A stretch of 64,000 nucleotides of DNA from Chthonomonadaceae bacterium (GTDB lineage: Bacteria > Armatimonadota > Chthonomonadetes > Chthonomonadales > Chthonomonadaceae). The notes below the pieces were generated by a model. The model worked only from the letters and a program-made list of their open reading frames with translations, made no database searches and was not told the origin of the DNA. Positions 17,018-26,253 of this stretch are shown here, in pieces (position 1 is the stretch's first letter; each line of letters begins with the position of its first letter). The position numbers and the translations under genes are program-made. The stretch lies in NCBI GenBank assembly GCA_035650735.1, contig DASRGZ010000191.1:1-64000 (forward strand), given 5' to 3'.

Positions 17018-18595
17018 ATGCAAGAGACAGCCGGACAGGAGAAAGGGTTCTGGGGAATGTCCTGGATGCGGAACGGCCTGCTGGCGTTGGTGGGCGTTCT
17101 GCTGTTCCTGGGCATCCTGATGCACGCCGGCCTGATGCGCCCGGTCCTGCGGCGGGCGCAGAGCCATAGGCCGCGTACTGTCCTGCGGGTGTGGGACTGG
17201 TGCGCCCCGGCCACGGATGAGAAATATGGCGCCTATTTTGCGGCGGTGAAGCGCGAGTTTGAGGCGGCGCACCCGGACGTGGAGGTGGTCTACCAGTTCA
17301 TTCCCTTCAGCCAGTACGAGCAGAAGATGGCGACCGCGCTAGTGGGCAACAGCCCGCCCGACGTCTTCCAATGCTCTGTCTACTGGGCCGAAGGCTTCTA
17401 CGACCGGGGTATGCTGCTGCCGCTCAATGCCTTTCTGGAGCGGGAGCGAAGAGAGCGGGAACGGCGTGCGGCGCGCGGCCAGCCGATGAGTTCCGGAGAG
17501 GTGATCGCCCAGGAGGCTTATCTGCCCTCCGCCTGGCGGCATAACACCAAGCCGGACGGAACTGTTTTCGGCATCCCGCAGATACTCGACGCGGAATGCC
17601 TGGCCTGGAACCTCGCTCTGCTGCAAAAAGCGGCACAGACCGACCCCGAAATCCGCCAGATGTTCCTGCGCAACCCGGATGGCTCCCCCAACTATGAGCG
17701 CCTGCGCTTCGATGCCGTCCGAGACTGGGATCAGTTTCGGCGCGTGGTGCGGAGACTCACCAAGTACGACCGGCAGGGCAATCTGGCGCTGGATGCCCAC
17801 GGCGAGTATCTTCAGGCAGGTTTTGCCATCCATGCGCACGGCAGCGGGGCCGGCCCCTTCCTGGCCTGGTGCGCTGCCAACGGCAGCAATTTTCAGGATG
17901 CGACGGGCACACGCGCCACCTTTGCCGACGCAGCCGGCGTGGAGGCCATGCAGTTCATACTTGATCTCTACTGGAAAGACCACGTCAGCCCGCCGTTCCG
18001 GCGTCAGCTCGATGACGAGGAAGCCTTCGATAAGGGCAACGTCGCCTGCATCAGCGCGGGCACCTGGTCCGGCAAGTACATCACGCGCAACACGGAGGGA
18101 CGCCTCCGCTTTGATTTCACTCCGTTTCCGCCCGGCCCGCACGGGCACGGGCCTTCGACCCTGACCTGGGGCAATATGCTGGTCATCTCGCGCCGCTCGC
18201 CGCAGCCTGACCTGGCCTGGGAGTATGTCAAGTTCATCACCTCGCAATCGGGCTCCGAGCGCCTGCTGCGCTATACGGAGCAGAACTCCCCCCGGAAGGA
18301 TTTCTATAAGAGCTCAAAATGGCTCCAGATGTGCGCCGAGCGTCCCTATCTCTATAACGTTCCCGCCATCTGCGCCTGCGGCAAGAAGCTGCGACACACG
18401 CAGATCAATGCGGTGGATTACGTCTCGCAGCCCATTTTCGAGACGCTTTTGCTGCGTTATCCGGATATTGAGGCAGGGCACGGCCCCTACCCTTCTGTCC
18501 GGGCCGGGCTGCAAGCCGCCGCTGCTGCCGTAGACCGCGTGTACCGCCGTTATAATGCCCAGGTCGCCGAGTGGCGGCTCGCCAGAGAACAGTAG
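17018..18595 (+). CDS. Sugar ABC transporter substrate-binding protein
   Basis: FEAAHPDVEV, PPDVF, AWEYVKF; N-terminal TM. Confidence 0.85.
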   Translation: MQETAGQEKGFWGMSWMRNGLLALVGVLLFLGILMHAGLMRPVLRRAQSHRPRTVLRVWDWCAPATDEKYGAYFAAVKREFEAAHPDVEVVYQFIPFSQYEQKMATALVGNSPPDVFQCSVYWAEGFYDRGMLLPLNAFLERERRERERRAARGQPMSSGEVIAQEAYLPSAWRHNTKPDGTVFGIPQILDAECLAWNLALLQKAAQTDPEIRQMFLRNPDGSPNYERLRFDAVRDWDQFRRVVRRLTKYDRQGNLALDAHGEYLQAGFAIHAHGSGAGPFLAWCAANGSNFQDATGTRATFADAAGVEAMQFILDLYWKDHVSPPFRRQLDDEEAFDKGNVACISAGTWSGKYITRNTEGRLRFDFTPFPPGPHGHGPSTLTWGNMLVISRRSPQPDLAWEYVKFITSQSGSERLLRYTEQNSPRKDFYKSSKWLQMCAERPYLYNVPAICACGKKLRHTQINAVDYVSQPIFETLLLRYPDIEAGHGPYPSVRAGLQAAAAAVDRVYRRYNAQVAEWRLAREQ

Positions 18596-18616
18596 AGAGA
18601 AAGGGGCCAGGCAACT

Positions 18617-19474
18617 GTGAGACCGCGTGCTATCTATCGTGCCCGCATAGATTGGTCGGCCTATCTCTACCTGGCTCCGGCGTTCCTGCTGGCGTTGCTG
18701 TTTAGCTTTTTCAGCATGGGCGTCAGCTTCTGGACCAGCCTGCACGATTGGGATCCCTTTGCCGGGGGCGGGCGCTTTGTCGGCCTGGAGAACTACCGCC
18801 GCGTGCTCTTCGGGGTGGACAGCGTCTTCTGGATCGCGCTGCGCAACACGACCCTCTACGTGGGCATGGTACTGGCGGGTATGCTCGCCACCTCGCTCCC
18901 GCTCGCCCTGCTCTGCCGCAAGGCGCGCTATCTGCAGGGCGTGTTCCGCACGCTCTACTTCCTGCCCAGCATCACTCCCGGCGTGGTCGTCGCGCTTATC
19001 TTCTATCAGCTATTCGGCATCTGGGGCCAATTGCTGGACAAGAGCGCGACCGCTCTGGGAGCCATCGCCCTGATGGGCGTCTGGAGCGGAACGGGCTACA
19101 ATATGCTCATCTTTCTGGCGGGCCTGCACGAGATCCCCTCCGACTTCTACGACGCGGCCCGCATTGACGGGGCTGGCACGCTGGCGGAGTTCCGGCATGT
19201 CACCATTCCGCTGCTGCGCAACACCCTGGTCTTTGTGATGGTGATGACCATTATCGGGGCCTACCAGGTCTTTACCTCCGTGTTTGTGATGACGCAGGGC
19301 GGGCCGGAGCGCAGCACGGAGGTGTTGGCCTTCGACATCTTCATGAACGCCTTCAGCGTCGCCGGGCAGATGGGCTATGCCAGCGCGGCGGCCTGGCTGC
19401 TGTTCGTGGTCATCGGCGTCTTTGTCTTTCTTCAGATGCGGCTGCTCAGAAGCCGCCGGATTTACGACGAGTAG
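18617..19474 (+). CDS. Carbohydrate ABC permease
   Basis: FVGLENY, YDAARIDGA, VMTQGGP. Confidence 0.95.
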   Translation: MRPRAIYRARIDWSAYLYLAPAFLLALLFSFFSMGVSFWTSLHDWDPFAGGGRFVGLENYRRVLFGVDSVFWIALRNTTLYVGMVLAGMLATSLPLALLCRKARYLQGVFRTLYFLPSITPGVVVALIFYQLFGIWGQLLDKSATALGAIALMGVWSGTGYNMLIFLAGLHEIPSDFYDAARIDGAGTLAEFRHVTIPLLRNTLVFVMVMTIIGAYQVFTSVFVMTQGGPERSTEVLAFDIFMNAFSVAGQMGYASAAAWLLFVVIGVFVFLQMRLLRSRRIYDE

Positions 19475-19489
19475 CGCGGGAGGCCGAGG

Positions 19490-20419
19490 ATGCGGAACGA
19501 ACCCCAAAGCAGGCGGCGGCGCGCTCAATGGGGCACGGCCCTGGCCCTGCTGGTGATGTGCCTGGGCGCCTGGGTGATGGTCTATCCCTACCTCTATGCG
19601 GTGGGCAGTTCGTTCAAGACCCGCGCGGAGTTCTCCGCCGACAAGCAGGCGCTCATCCCGCCGCGCTTCCGCCCGGCCAAGCTCATGGATCGCTATGTCC
19701 TGGGCCACCGGGACGCCGAGTACGACCGCGAAATGAGGGAGTGGCCCCTACAGCGCAACTACGCCGAAGCCATCCTCTACGGCGGCATTGACCGCTTCCT
19801 TTGCAACAGCTTTCTCTACGCCATTGTGATCACGGGGGTCAGCCTGTTCTTTAACGTGCTGGCGGCTTATGCGTTTGCGCGGATGCGCTTTCCGGGGCGC
19901 GACCTGCTGTTCGGGCTGCTGCTTTCGACCATGATGATCCCAAGCATCGTGACGCTAATTCCGCAATTTCTGGTCATCAAGCGCCTCGGGCTGGTGGACC
20001 ATCCGCTGGGCGTGGTGCTGCCGGGCTTTGCCAGCGCTTTTGGCATCTTTCTGCTGCGGCAGTTTTTCCTGAACATTCCTGCCGACCTGGAGAGCGCCGC
20101 GCTGCTGGATGGGTGCAGCAAGTGGGGGATTCTGTGGCGGATCGTCGTGCCGCTCTCGAAGCCTGCGCTGATCACGCTGGGCCTGTTTACCTTCATGGGC
20201 GCGTGGAATGCCTTCGAGTGGCCGCTGGTGGTATTGAGCAATGAAGACCTGTATCCGCTGACGGTGGGCTTGGCGCTGTTCCGGGATCAAAATTTTCAAG
20301 ACTGGCCGCGCGTGCTGGCCGCCAGCGTCATGGGCAGCGTCCCTCTGATAGTGCTCTTCTATGCGGCGCAGCGGTTTCTGGTGGGCGGCATCAGCCTCAG
20401 CGGCATGAAAGCCCAATGA
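19490..20419 (+). CDS. Carbohydrate ABC permease
   Basis: AAYAFAR..FPGR, SAALLDG, WNAFEWP. Confidence 0.95.
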   Translation: MRNEPQSRRRRAQWGTALALLVMCLGAWVMVYPYLYAVGSSFKTRAEFSADKQALIPPRFRPAKLMDRYVLGHRDAEYDREMREWPLQRNYAEAILYGGIDRFLCNSFLYAIVITGVSLFFNVLAAYAFARMRFPGRDLLFGLLLSTMMIPSIVTLIPQFLVIKRLGLVDHPLGVVLPGFASAFGIFLLRQFFLNIPADLESAALLDGCSKWGILWRIVVPLSKPALITLGLFTFMGAWNAFEWPLVVLSNEDLYPLTVGLALFRDQNFQDWPRVLAASVMGSVPLIVLFYAAQRFLVGGISLSGMKAQ

Positions 20420-20427
20420 TTGCTCCC

Positions 20428-20565
20428 GGCAGGCTGAACCCTGCCGCTGTGGGGCCTACGGCCCGTGCCCGCCTACACGGGCACCAAACAGCCTATCGAA
20501 AGGTCGTGTCGGCGTAGGCCGACACTGGGCCGAAGGCCACCGAGCGAGGGAATTGATTCCCTTGT
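20428..20565. repeat. Dispersed REP/MITE-like repeat
   Basis: GCAGGCTGAACCCTGCCGCTGTGGGGC (similar at ~25172, revcomp ~60472); ACACTGGGCCGAAGGCCACC (similar at ~49175). Confidence 0.65.
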
Positions 20566-20597
20566 GATAGAGATTCCTATCGAGAAAGGAATTCTAA

Positions 20598-21461
20598 ATG
20601 GTCTTGTTCTCTGAATATGGCTGTGCCCTGCCGCGCCACACGCGCACGTTTCGTCTTTGCAGCCACGACCGCACGAACCCGATTCGGGAAGTGGAGGTCT
20701 ATGCGAGCCCGGAAGAGATCACGTTCCTGGAGGAGCAGGGCTATCTCGTGCGGGAGCGGCTGTTTACCCCGGAGCAGGTGGAGCATCTGCGCCGGGCGCT
20801 GGAGGCGGTGGCGTCCCGAGAGGCCGAGGGTGGCCTGGTCGGGCTCAGCCAGACGCGCCGCTTTGGCGGCCTGTTCCTGCGCCATTTGATGGATAAGCAC
20901 CCGGTCTTTCTGGAGCTGTTCCGATATGCGCCCACGTTGTCTGTCTCGCGGGCGGTGCTCGGGCCGCAGGTGCAGGTGCTGCCCATGACCGCCCGTATCA
21001 GCTACCCCGATCAGCCCAATCAGGAGACTCACTGGCACTTTCACCAGCGCGTGATCCCCAACCCGCTGCCTCGCTTCTTCGCCCGCCCCCACGTCATTGA
21101 CTGCCTGATCTATCTCGACGAGGTGAATGAGGCCAACGGCTTGCTGTGCGTTATGCCGGGATCGCACCACTGGATTCACGAAGAGTTGACCCCGGACGAT
21201 TACGGCGACAAGCCCGGTCAGGTGCAGTTGCGGCTGCCCACCGGAAGCTGCGTGCTAATTCACGGCGGCCTGTGGCACCGCGCGCTGCCCACCACCCCGC
21301 AGGGCACCCTGCGCCGTATGCTAATCCTGCCCTATGCGGCCTCCTGGCTCAAGCTGCCCTCCTTTGGCCTCAAGCCGGAAAACGGGCTAATGCAGATGCT
21401 CCTCCAGGATGCCGACACGGAAACGCTCGAACTGCTCGGCGTGCCCGATGGGCTCTACTGA
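20598..21461 (+). CDS. PhyH-family dioxygenase with HxH motif
   Basis: EQGYLV, NG.LCVMPGSH, LWHR; WHFH replaces WHxD. Confidence 0.85.
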   Translation: MVLFSEYGCALPRHTRTFRLCSHDRTNPIREVEVYASPEEITFLEEQGYLVRERLFTPEQVEHLRRALEAVASREAEGGLVGLSQTRRFGGLFLRHLMDKHPVFLELFRYAPTLSVSRAVLGPQVQVLPMTARISYPDQPNQETHWHFHQRVIPNPLPRFFARPHVIDCLIYLDEVNEANGLLCVMPGSHHWIHEELTPDDYGDKPGQVQLRLPTGSCVLIHGGLWHRALPTTPQGTLRRMLILPYAASWLKLPSFGLKPENGLMQMLLQDADTETLELLGVPDGLY

Positions 21462-21510
21462 GGCCGACTGTTGCCGACGACATGGGAGTTACCGCCTATA
21501 GGCGGATTCT

Positions 21511-21966
21511 TTAGACCGGGCCGGATAGCGCGCTCTGGAGCGCCACTTTCAGACGCGCGTACTCTTCCGGCGCAAGGTGTCGGCGCTCGGCGGGAGGCCG
21601 GTAGGCGGGTGGATGGCCCCACTCCGGATCGGTGGGATAGCGGGGCATGAGGTGGCAATGCAGGTGGGGAACGAGGTTGCCTAGCATGGAGAGGTTCAGC
21701 TTCGCAGGCTGGCAAATCTGCGCGATGGCCTGACTGATGCGAGCGAGGTCTTCGATCCACTGCGCCCGCTCCTCCGCCGTCAGGTCGTAGAGTTCGACGG
21801 CGTGGCGGCGGAACACGAGGATGCAGTAGCCGCGATAGTCGGCATCATCCTGGAGGTGGACGCGGCCCGAGGGCAGCTCCGCCACCACATCGGCGTCGTT
21901 GCTGTCCGGGCACAGCGGGCAGCCGACGCCCGTCCTGCGCTCGGTAAACGTCTCGTTGAGGCTCAT
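21511..21966 (-). CDS. HIT-family hydrolase
   Basis: CPLC; GNLVPHLHCH. Confidence 0.9.
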   Translation of the reverse strand: MSLNETFTERRTGVGCPLCPDSNDADVVAELPSGRVHLQDDADYRGYCILVFRRHAVELYDLTAEERAQWIEDLARISQAIAQICQPAKLNLSMLGNLVPHLHCHLMPRYPTDPEWGHPPAYRPPAERRHLAPEEYARLKVALQSALSGPV

Positions 21967-22970
21967 AGCGTGACCGGCTGCCCCGTCTCCACGGATTCCA
22001 TAGCGGCCAGGGCGATACGGACCGCCTCCATGCCGTCCTGCGGGGTGATGCTGGGACGGACGCCGCGCTCCAGGCAGTCCAGGAAGTGAGCTAGCTCCAA
22101 CTGATAGGGATTGACGGGAACGGGGCTTTCCGGCACGGCGACGCCAGCGCGCGGCCCATCCCCCCCGGAGAGCGCCATGCGGAACGGTATCCCGGTCGGC
22201 TGGTTAAAGTTATATTCCAGCAGGCCCGCATCGCCAGCGATCTCCAGCGTGACCTTGAAGCCGCCGGGGTCGGCCCAGGTGCCTTCGACGTGGCCGATAG
22301 CGCCGCTCTTGAAGCGCAGCGTCACCAGAGCGTAGTCAAAAGCGGGCAGCTTGCGCCCGCCTAGCCCGCGCGCATAGACGCGCTCCACGTCGCCGAAGGT
22401 CCAGCGCAGCCAGTCGAAGTCATGGATGATCAGGTCCAGGATGCAGCCGCCGCTCATGCCGAAGTTGGCGTACCAGTCGTTCCAGGCGCGCGGCATGGGA
22501 CCGCCGCGCCGAGTGCGAATGGCCGCCGGCTTGCCGACCGCTCCCGCCTCGACTTCCCGCTTTGCCAGCGCAAACTCCGGGAAGAAGCGCACCACATGCG
22601 CGACGAACAGCGGAATGCCGGCCAACTCGCTGGCGGCGATCATCTTCTGGCAGTCCTCCAGCGTGCGGCCCATAGGCTTCTCGGTGGAGATTCCTTGAAT
22701 GCCCATCTCGCCGGCGCGCGCCGCCGCCCGACAGACATAATCCACATGATAGGGCGTGGGACAGCAGACATCCACGACGTCCGGGCGGATCTCCTCCAGC
22801 ATAGCATCGAAATCCGTAAAAGGCTTCGCCCCATGCTTTTCGGCCAGCGCCTGGGCGGCCTCCGGGCGAATATCCATCACGCCGGCTAGCTCCGCGTTGG
22901 CGATATTGGCGTAGCAGTTGGCGTGCATCCCCGCCATGCCGCCCGCACCGACCAACCCCACTCGCAACAT
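21963..22970 (-). CDS. Gfo/Idh/MocA oxidoreductase
   Basis: GLVGAGGM, EKPM, GGCILDLIIHDFD. Confidence 0.95.
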   Translation of the reverse strand: MLRVGLVGAGGMAGMHANCYANIANAELAGVMDIRPEAAQALAEKHGAKPFTDFDAMLEEIRPDVVDVCCPTPYHVDYVCRAAARAGEMGIQGISTEKPMGRTLEDCQKMIAASELAGIPLFVAHVVRFFPEFALAKREVEAGAVGKPAAIRTRRGGPMPRAWNDWYANFGMSGGCILDLIIHDFDWLRWTFGDVERVYARGLGGRKLPAFDYALVTLRFKSGAIGHVEGTWADPGGFKVTLEIAGDAGLLEYNFNQPTGIPFRMALSGGDGPRAGVAVPESPVPVNPYQLELAHFLDCLERGVRPSITPQDGMEAVRIALAAMESVETGQPVTL

Positions 22971-23180
22971 TCCCTGGCATCCTCCCTTCTCAAAAAGATT
23001 CGCGTCCCGGCAAGCGCTCTGCCTGCACGAACCCTTTCCGCCGTTATAACGGGTGTATCGTTTCTGGCGCTCTCACCCCTGTTCGACGGTAAGAACGGAG
23101 GTTCCTTCTTCACGGAGGGTACTTTCACCCCACCGGTTTTGCCTTAAAATGCGGCCATCTGCCTGTACAAATGCGGGCAG

Positions 23181-25130
23181 CTAAAGCAGAGCGCGCTCGG
23201 TGGACTGGTGCCACTGCCGCTGGAAGTGAACCGTATCGTTGACGTAGACGGTGAGGGTGATCGTGAGGTGAAACGCCTTCTCGTCACTGTGCAGCGCGCA
23301 GGTGGACTCGCTGCGGGCCGCAAAGCCCTCCCAGGAAGCCTGCGCCACGCTCTTGCTGCGCGTATAGGCGCGCGCCGGGCTGCGGTTAGAAACCACGAAC
23401 TCATTGCCGTTTGCGAACTGGAAATGGAGCCGGTCTTCCAGCACGTCATGGGTGACGCGCCAGGGGGCCGGATCGCTTCCGGCACCGGTGGAGGCGGGCG
23501 GGTTGGGCGAGGGCAAGAAGGAGATGGGGGACGGCGTCGGGCTGGCCCACACCGGCAGATGGAGCGCCGCTTGCAACCCCGGCCCGCGATGCACGGCGCC
23601 GATGCCCCGATAGGGCGTCGGCCAGACGTTGGGGAAGTCGCTGCCGTTGATGCTTAGCCGCACGCGATGGCCCTTGCGAAATCGCCACGCGGTCGCCTCC
23701 AACGCAAAGGCGAGCGTCGTGGGCGCGTCCGGCGCGAGCGGTTCCGGAGCGTCCATGCCGTTGCGGCGCGTCGCGTTGAGAATGCCTTTCGTGACCAATG
23801 CGCTGGTTCCGTCCTCGGCTACGTCGCATATCCGGCAAGCGAATGGCAATGCTGGCGCATCCGTTGAGACGGTAAGCGCCACGGAGGGCTGACCGAAGAT
23901 CACCAGGTCTTCGTCCAGCGGCTCGGAGGTATAGTTGACGGCAAAAACCTCGTCGGGACGCTGGTCGCCGGGCAGGCAGAAGGGCACGCCCGCATCCCAG
24001 ATGCCGCCATTTCTGGAAGCGCCAGGCAGGTAGCGAAATCGATCCACGCCTACTTCCTCGTCCGGCGCATTTCGTAGGACGCCCGGCCCCAGAAAATACG
24101 CTTGCTCCTTCCCGGCGGGGAGATTGTCGGCGGCAAACCAGCCGCCCGCAATGAGGGTGCGATCCTGGATCGGCTCCTCGAACTTCTGCACGTAAATCAG
24201 CACCGGCGGCTCCCGCTCTACCCCGTTATCCATCCCCTTGAGCCAGCGATCCCACCAGCGCAGCAGCTCGAAATGAATATCTATTCGGGGGCCACAGTGA
24301 CTCTGATCCGGGTAGGTGTGACTCCAGGGGCCCATCAGGAGGCGTTTGGGTGCGGTCAGGGCCTGGAAGGTGCGCAGAGGTGGGTTGGGATATCCGTCGT
24401 GCCAGCCGCCGATCAGGAAGCACGCTGCCCGGATACGGTCGTATTGCCCGACAACCGAGCCTTGCGCCCAATAGGCATCCTCCGTCGGGTGGGCCAGCCA
24501 TTGGAGCAGATACGGCTCACTCTCCTCCAGGCGCTGCCGCCACATCTGCGCCCACTTCGCGCCCACCGCCTGCGGGTGCGGCGGCAGCGCGTTCATGGCG
24601 ACCATCGCCAGGCCATAGGTGAGCGTATCGTAATAGCCGCGCAGGCAGCCGCCCTTGTAGTGGCAATCATCGGTGTAGCGCCGGTCGGTGAAGTAGGCGG
24701 GCGCGATGGCCTTGAGGGAAGGCGGCGCCTGAGCGGCCACCTGTAGCGCCGTAAAGCCGCTATAGGAGGCGCCGAGCATGCCCACGCTGCCGCTGCACCA
24801 GGATTGCGCGGCCAGCCACTCGACGGCATCGTAGCCGTCCTGGGTCTCCTCGGCGGCATACTCATCCCGGCTCACGCCCTCCGAATTGCCGGTGCCGCGC
24901 GAATGCAGATTAACGAAGGCGTAGCCGCGCTCGGCAAAGTAGCGGGCTCTGGCGTGGAGGCTGCCGTCCCAGGCGGCGCGGTAGGGGTCATACCAGACGA
25001 GGGCGGGACAGCGCTCTTGCGTGCGCGGGCGCACCATCGTCGCGCCCAACTCCACGCCGGACGAGACGGGAATACGGACGGTGAAATCTACGTCACAATC
25101 GTAGGCTGCGGGCGAACCCGTTCTTTCCAT
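23181..25130 (-). CDS. CocE/NonD family hydrolase (peptidase S15)
   Basis: RGTGNSEG, GASYSG nucleophile, GPWSH. Confidence 0.92.
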   Translation of the reverse strand: MERTGSPAAYDCDVDFTVRIPVSSGVELGATMVRPRTQERCPALVWYDPYRAAWDGSLHARARYFAERGYAFVNLHSRGTGNSEGVSRDEYAAEETQDGYDAVEWLAAQSWCSGSVGMLGASYSGFTALQVAAQAPPSLKAIAPAYFTDRRYTDDCHYKGGCLRGYYDTLTYGLAMVAMNALPPHPQAVGAKWAQMWRQRLEESEPYLLQWLAHPTEDAYWAQGSVVGQYDRIRAACFLIGGWHDGYPNPPLRTFQALTAPKRLLMGPWSHTYPDQSHCGPRIDIHFELLRWWDRWLKGMDNGVEREPPVLIYVQKFEEPIQDRTLIAGGWFAADNLPAGKEQAYFLGPGVLRNAPDEEVGVDRFRYLPGASRNGGIWDAGVPFCLPGDQRPDEVFAVNYTSEPLDEDLVIFGQPSVALTVSTDAPALPFACRICDVAEDGTSALVTKGILNATRRNGMDAPEPLAPDAPTTLAFALEATAWRFRKGHRVRLSINGSDFPNVWPTPYRGIGAVHRGPGLQAALHLPVWASPTPSPISFLPSPNPPASTGAGSDPAPWRVTHDVLEDRLHFQFANGNEFVVSNRSPARAYTRSKSVAQASWEGFAARSESTCALHSDEKAFHLTITLTVYVNDTVHFQRQWHQSTERALL

Positions 25131-25171
25131 CCAAGTCCTCCCTGCGCGGATTTACCTAGCCCTGTCTTCCG

Positions 25172-25305
25172 GCAGACTGAACCCTGCCGCTGTGGGGCTC
25201 TGCTAGGGTCGGTTCCTCAACGGTTGGGAACCTCCTCCTAGCCAGGCCCGCTGACTGCCAGGGGCGGGCCTGCAATAATTCGGCCCTCCGCCTTGCGACA
25301 CCTAC
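25172..25305. repeat. Dispersed repeat cluster
   Basis: ACTGCCAGGG.CGGGCCT.CAA...TTCGGCCCTCCGCCT also at ~34715; revcomp at ~56380 and partly ~60355. Confidence 0.7.
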
Positions 25306-25362
25306 GCGGGCAGAGGAAATGCTGGCTGCTCTCTCCTCTCCTCTTCCCTCTACTTGAGGCGG

Positions 25363-26166
25363 CTAGCACGTCCAGAGGAGAACGGCGCTGACGAGGTAGT
25401 TGCCATCCGTTCCCCAGTGCCCTTCCCAGCGTGCCACGTCTAGCGCCTCGCTGCGCCGCTGCGCCTCCGGGCCGAGCAGGAAGGCCACCTGAGGCGTCAG
25501 GCGCACGCCAAGAGCGCGTTTGGGCAGGGAACCCGGCCTGCCGATGCCGCCTCCCAGTGCTAATCCGGTCCCGCAGGCTTTGGACGCCGCCTCCATCAGC
25601 GAGAAGTGGGCGGCGACGCGGACGCGCAGCGACTCCTCGTTCTCGCAGGCCGAGACGGCGGCGAACTCTTCCCACTCCGCCGCCGACATAAACTGGCGCG
25701 CGAGGCGGCGCAGGTAATCGCGTCCTTTGCCGGGCCGACGTAGGCGCGGCAGATACACCACGTCAATTCCGACGTCGGCCAATGTCTCCCCATACGCCGC
25801 CAGCACCAGATGGGCGTCGCCGTCGTGGGCATTGGAGATATGCAGGTGGCGGCAGTCGTGCCCATGCCGCTCGGCCCACGCACGCAGGCTGCCGCGCCAC
25901 TCCACATAGGGCTTGCCCAGCGCATCGTTTCGCCAGAGCAACTCCTCCGGGGCATAATCCGCCGGAAAGGACTCCAGGGCAAAGAGCCGGGACAGGGCGA
26001 CTTGCAGGGCGGCATAATCGGCGCGGCGGTCGCGCGTCTGTTCCTTGCAGGCAGCAGAGGCGGCCCCTGCTTCCGGTGGGGATGAGGCCGCAGGCCCCTC
26101 CAGTCCCGGTCCGCCGCTTCCTGGCCTAACCCCCCCCCGCTCTATCCAGATCAGATGGTGCGGCAT
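25363..26166 (-). CDS. 4'-phosphopantetheinyl transferase superfamily protein
   Basis: GKPY...ISNAHD...VGIDVV...FSLMEAASKACGTGL; start uncertain (26166 or 26247). Confidence 0.75.
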   Translation of the reverse strand: MPHHLIWIERGGVRPGSGGPGLEGPAASSPPEAGAASAACKEQTRDRRADYAALQVALSRLFALESFPADYAPEELLWRNDALGKPYVEWRGSLRAWAERHGHDCRHLHISNAHDGDAHLVLAAYGETLADVGIDVVYLPRLRRPGKGRDYLRRLARQFMSAAEWEEFAAVSACENEESLRVRVAAHFSLMEAASKACGTGLALGGGIGRPGSLPKRALGVRLTPQVAFLLGPEAQRRSEALDVARWEGHWGTDGNYLVSAVLLWTC

Positions 26167-26253
26167 GGTCAGGGCCACACTCCAAGCCAGCGCGACAGCA
26201 TGGGCCGCCTTACACGCCTCGCTATGTTGATAGAGTCCCACCTGCACGCGCTT

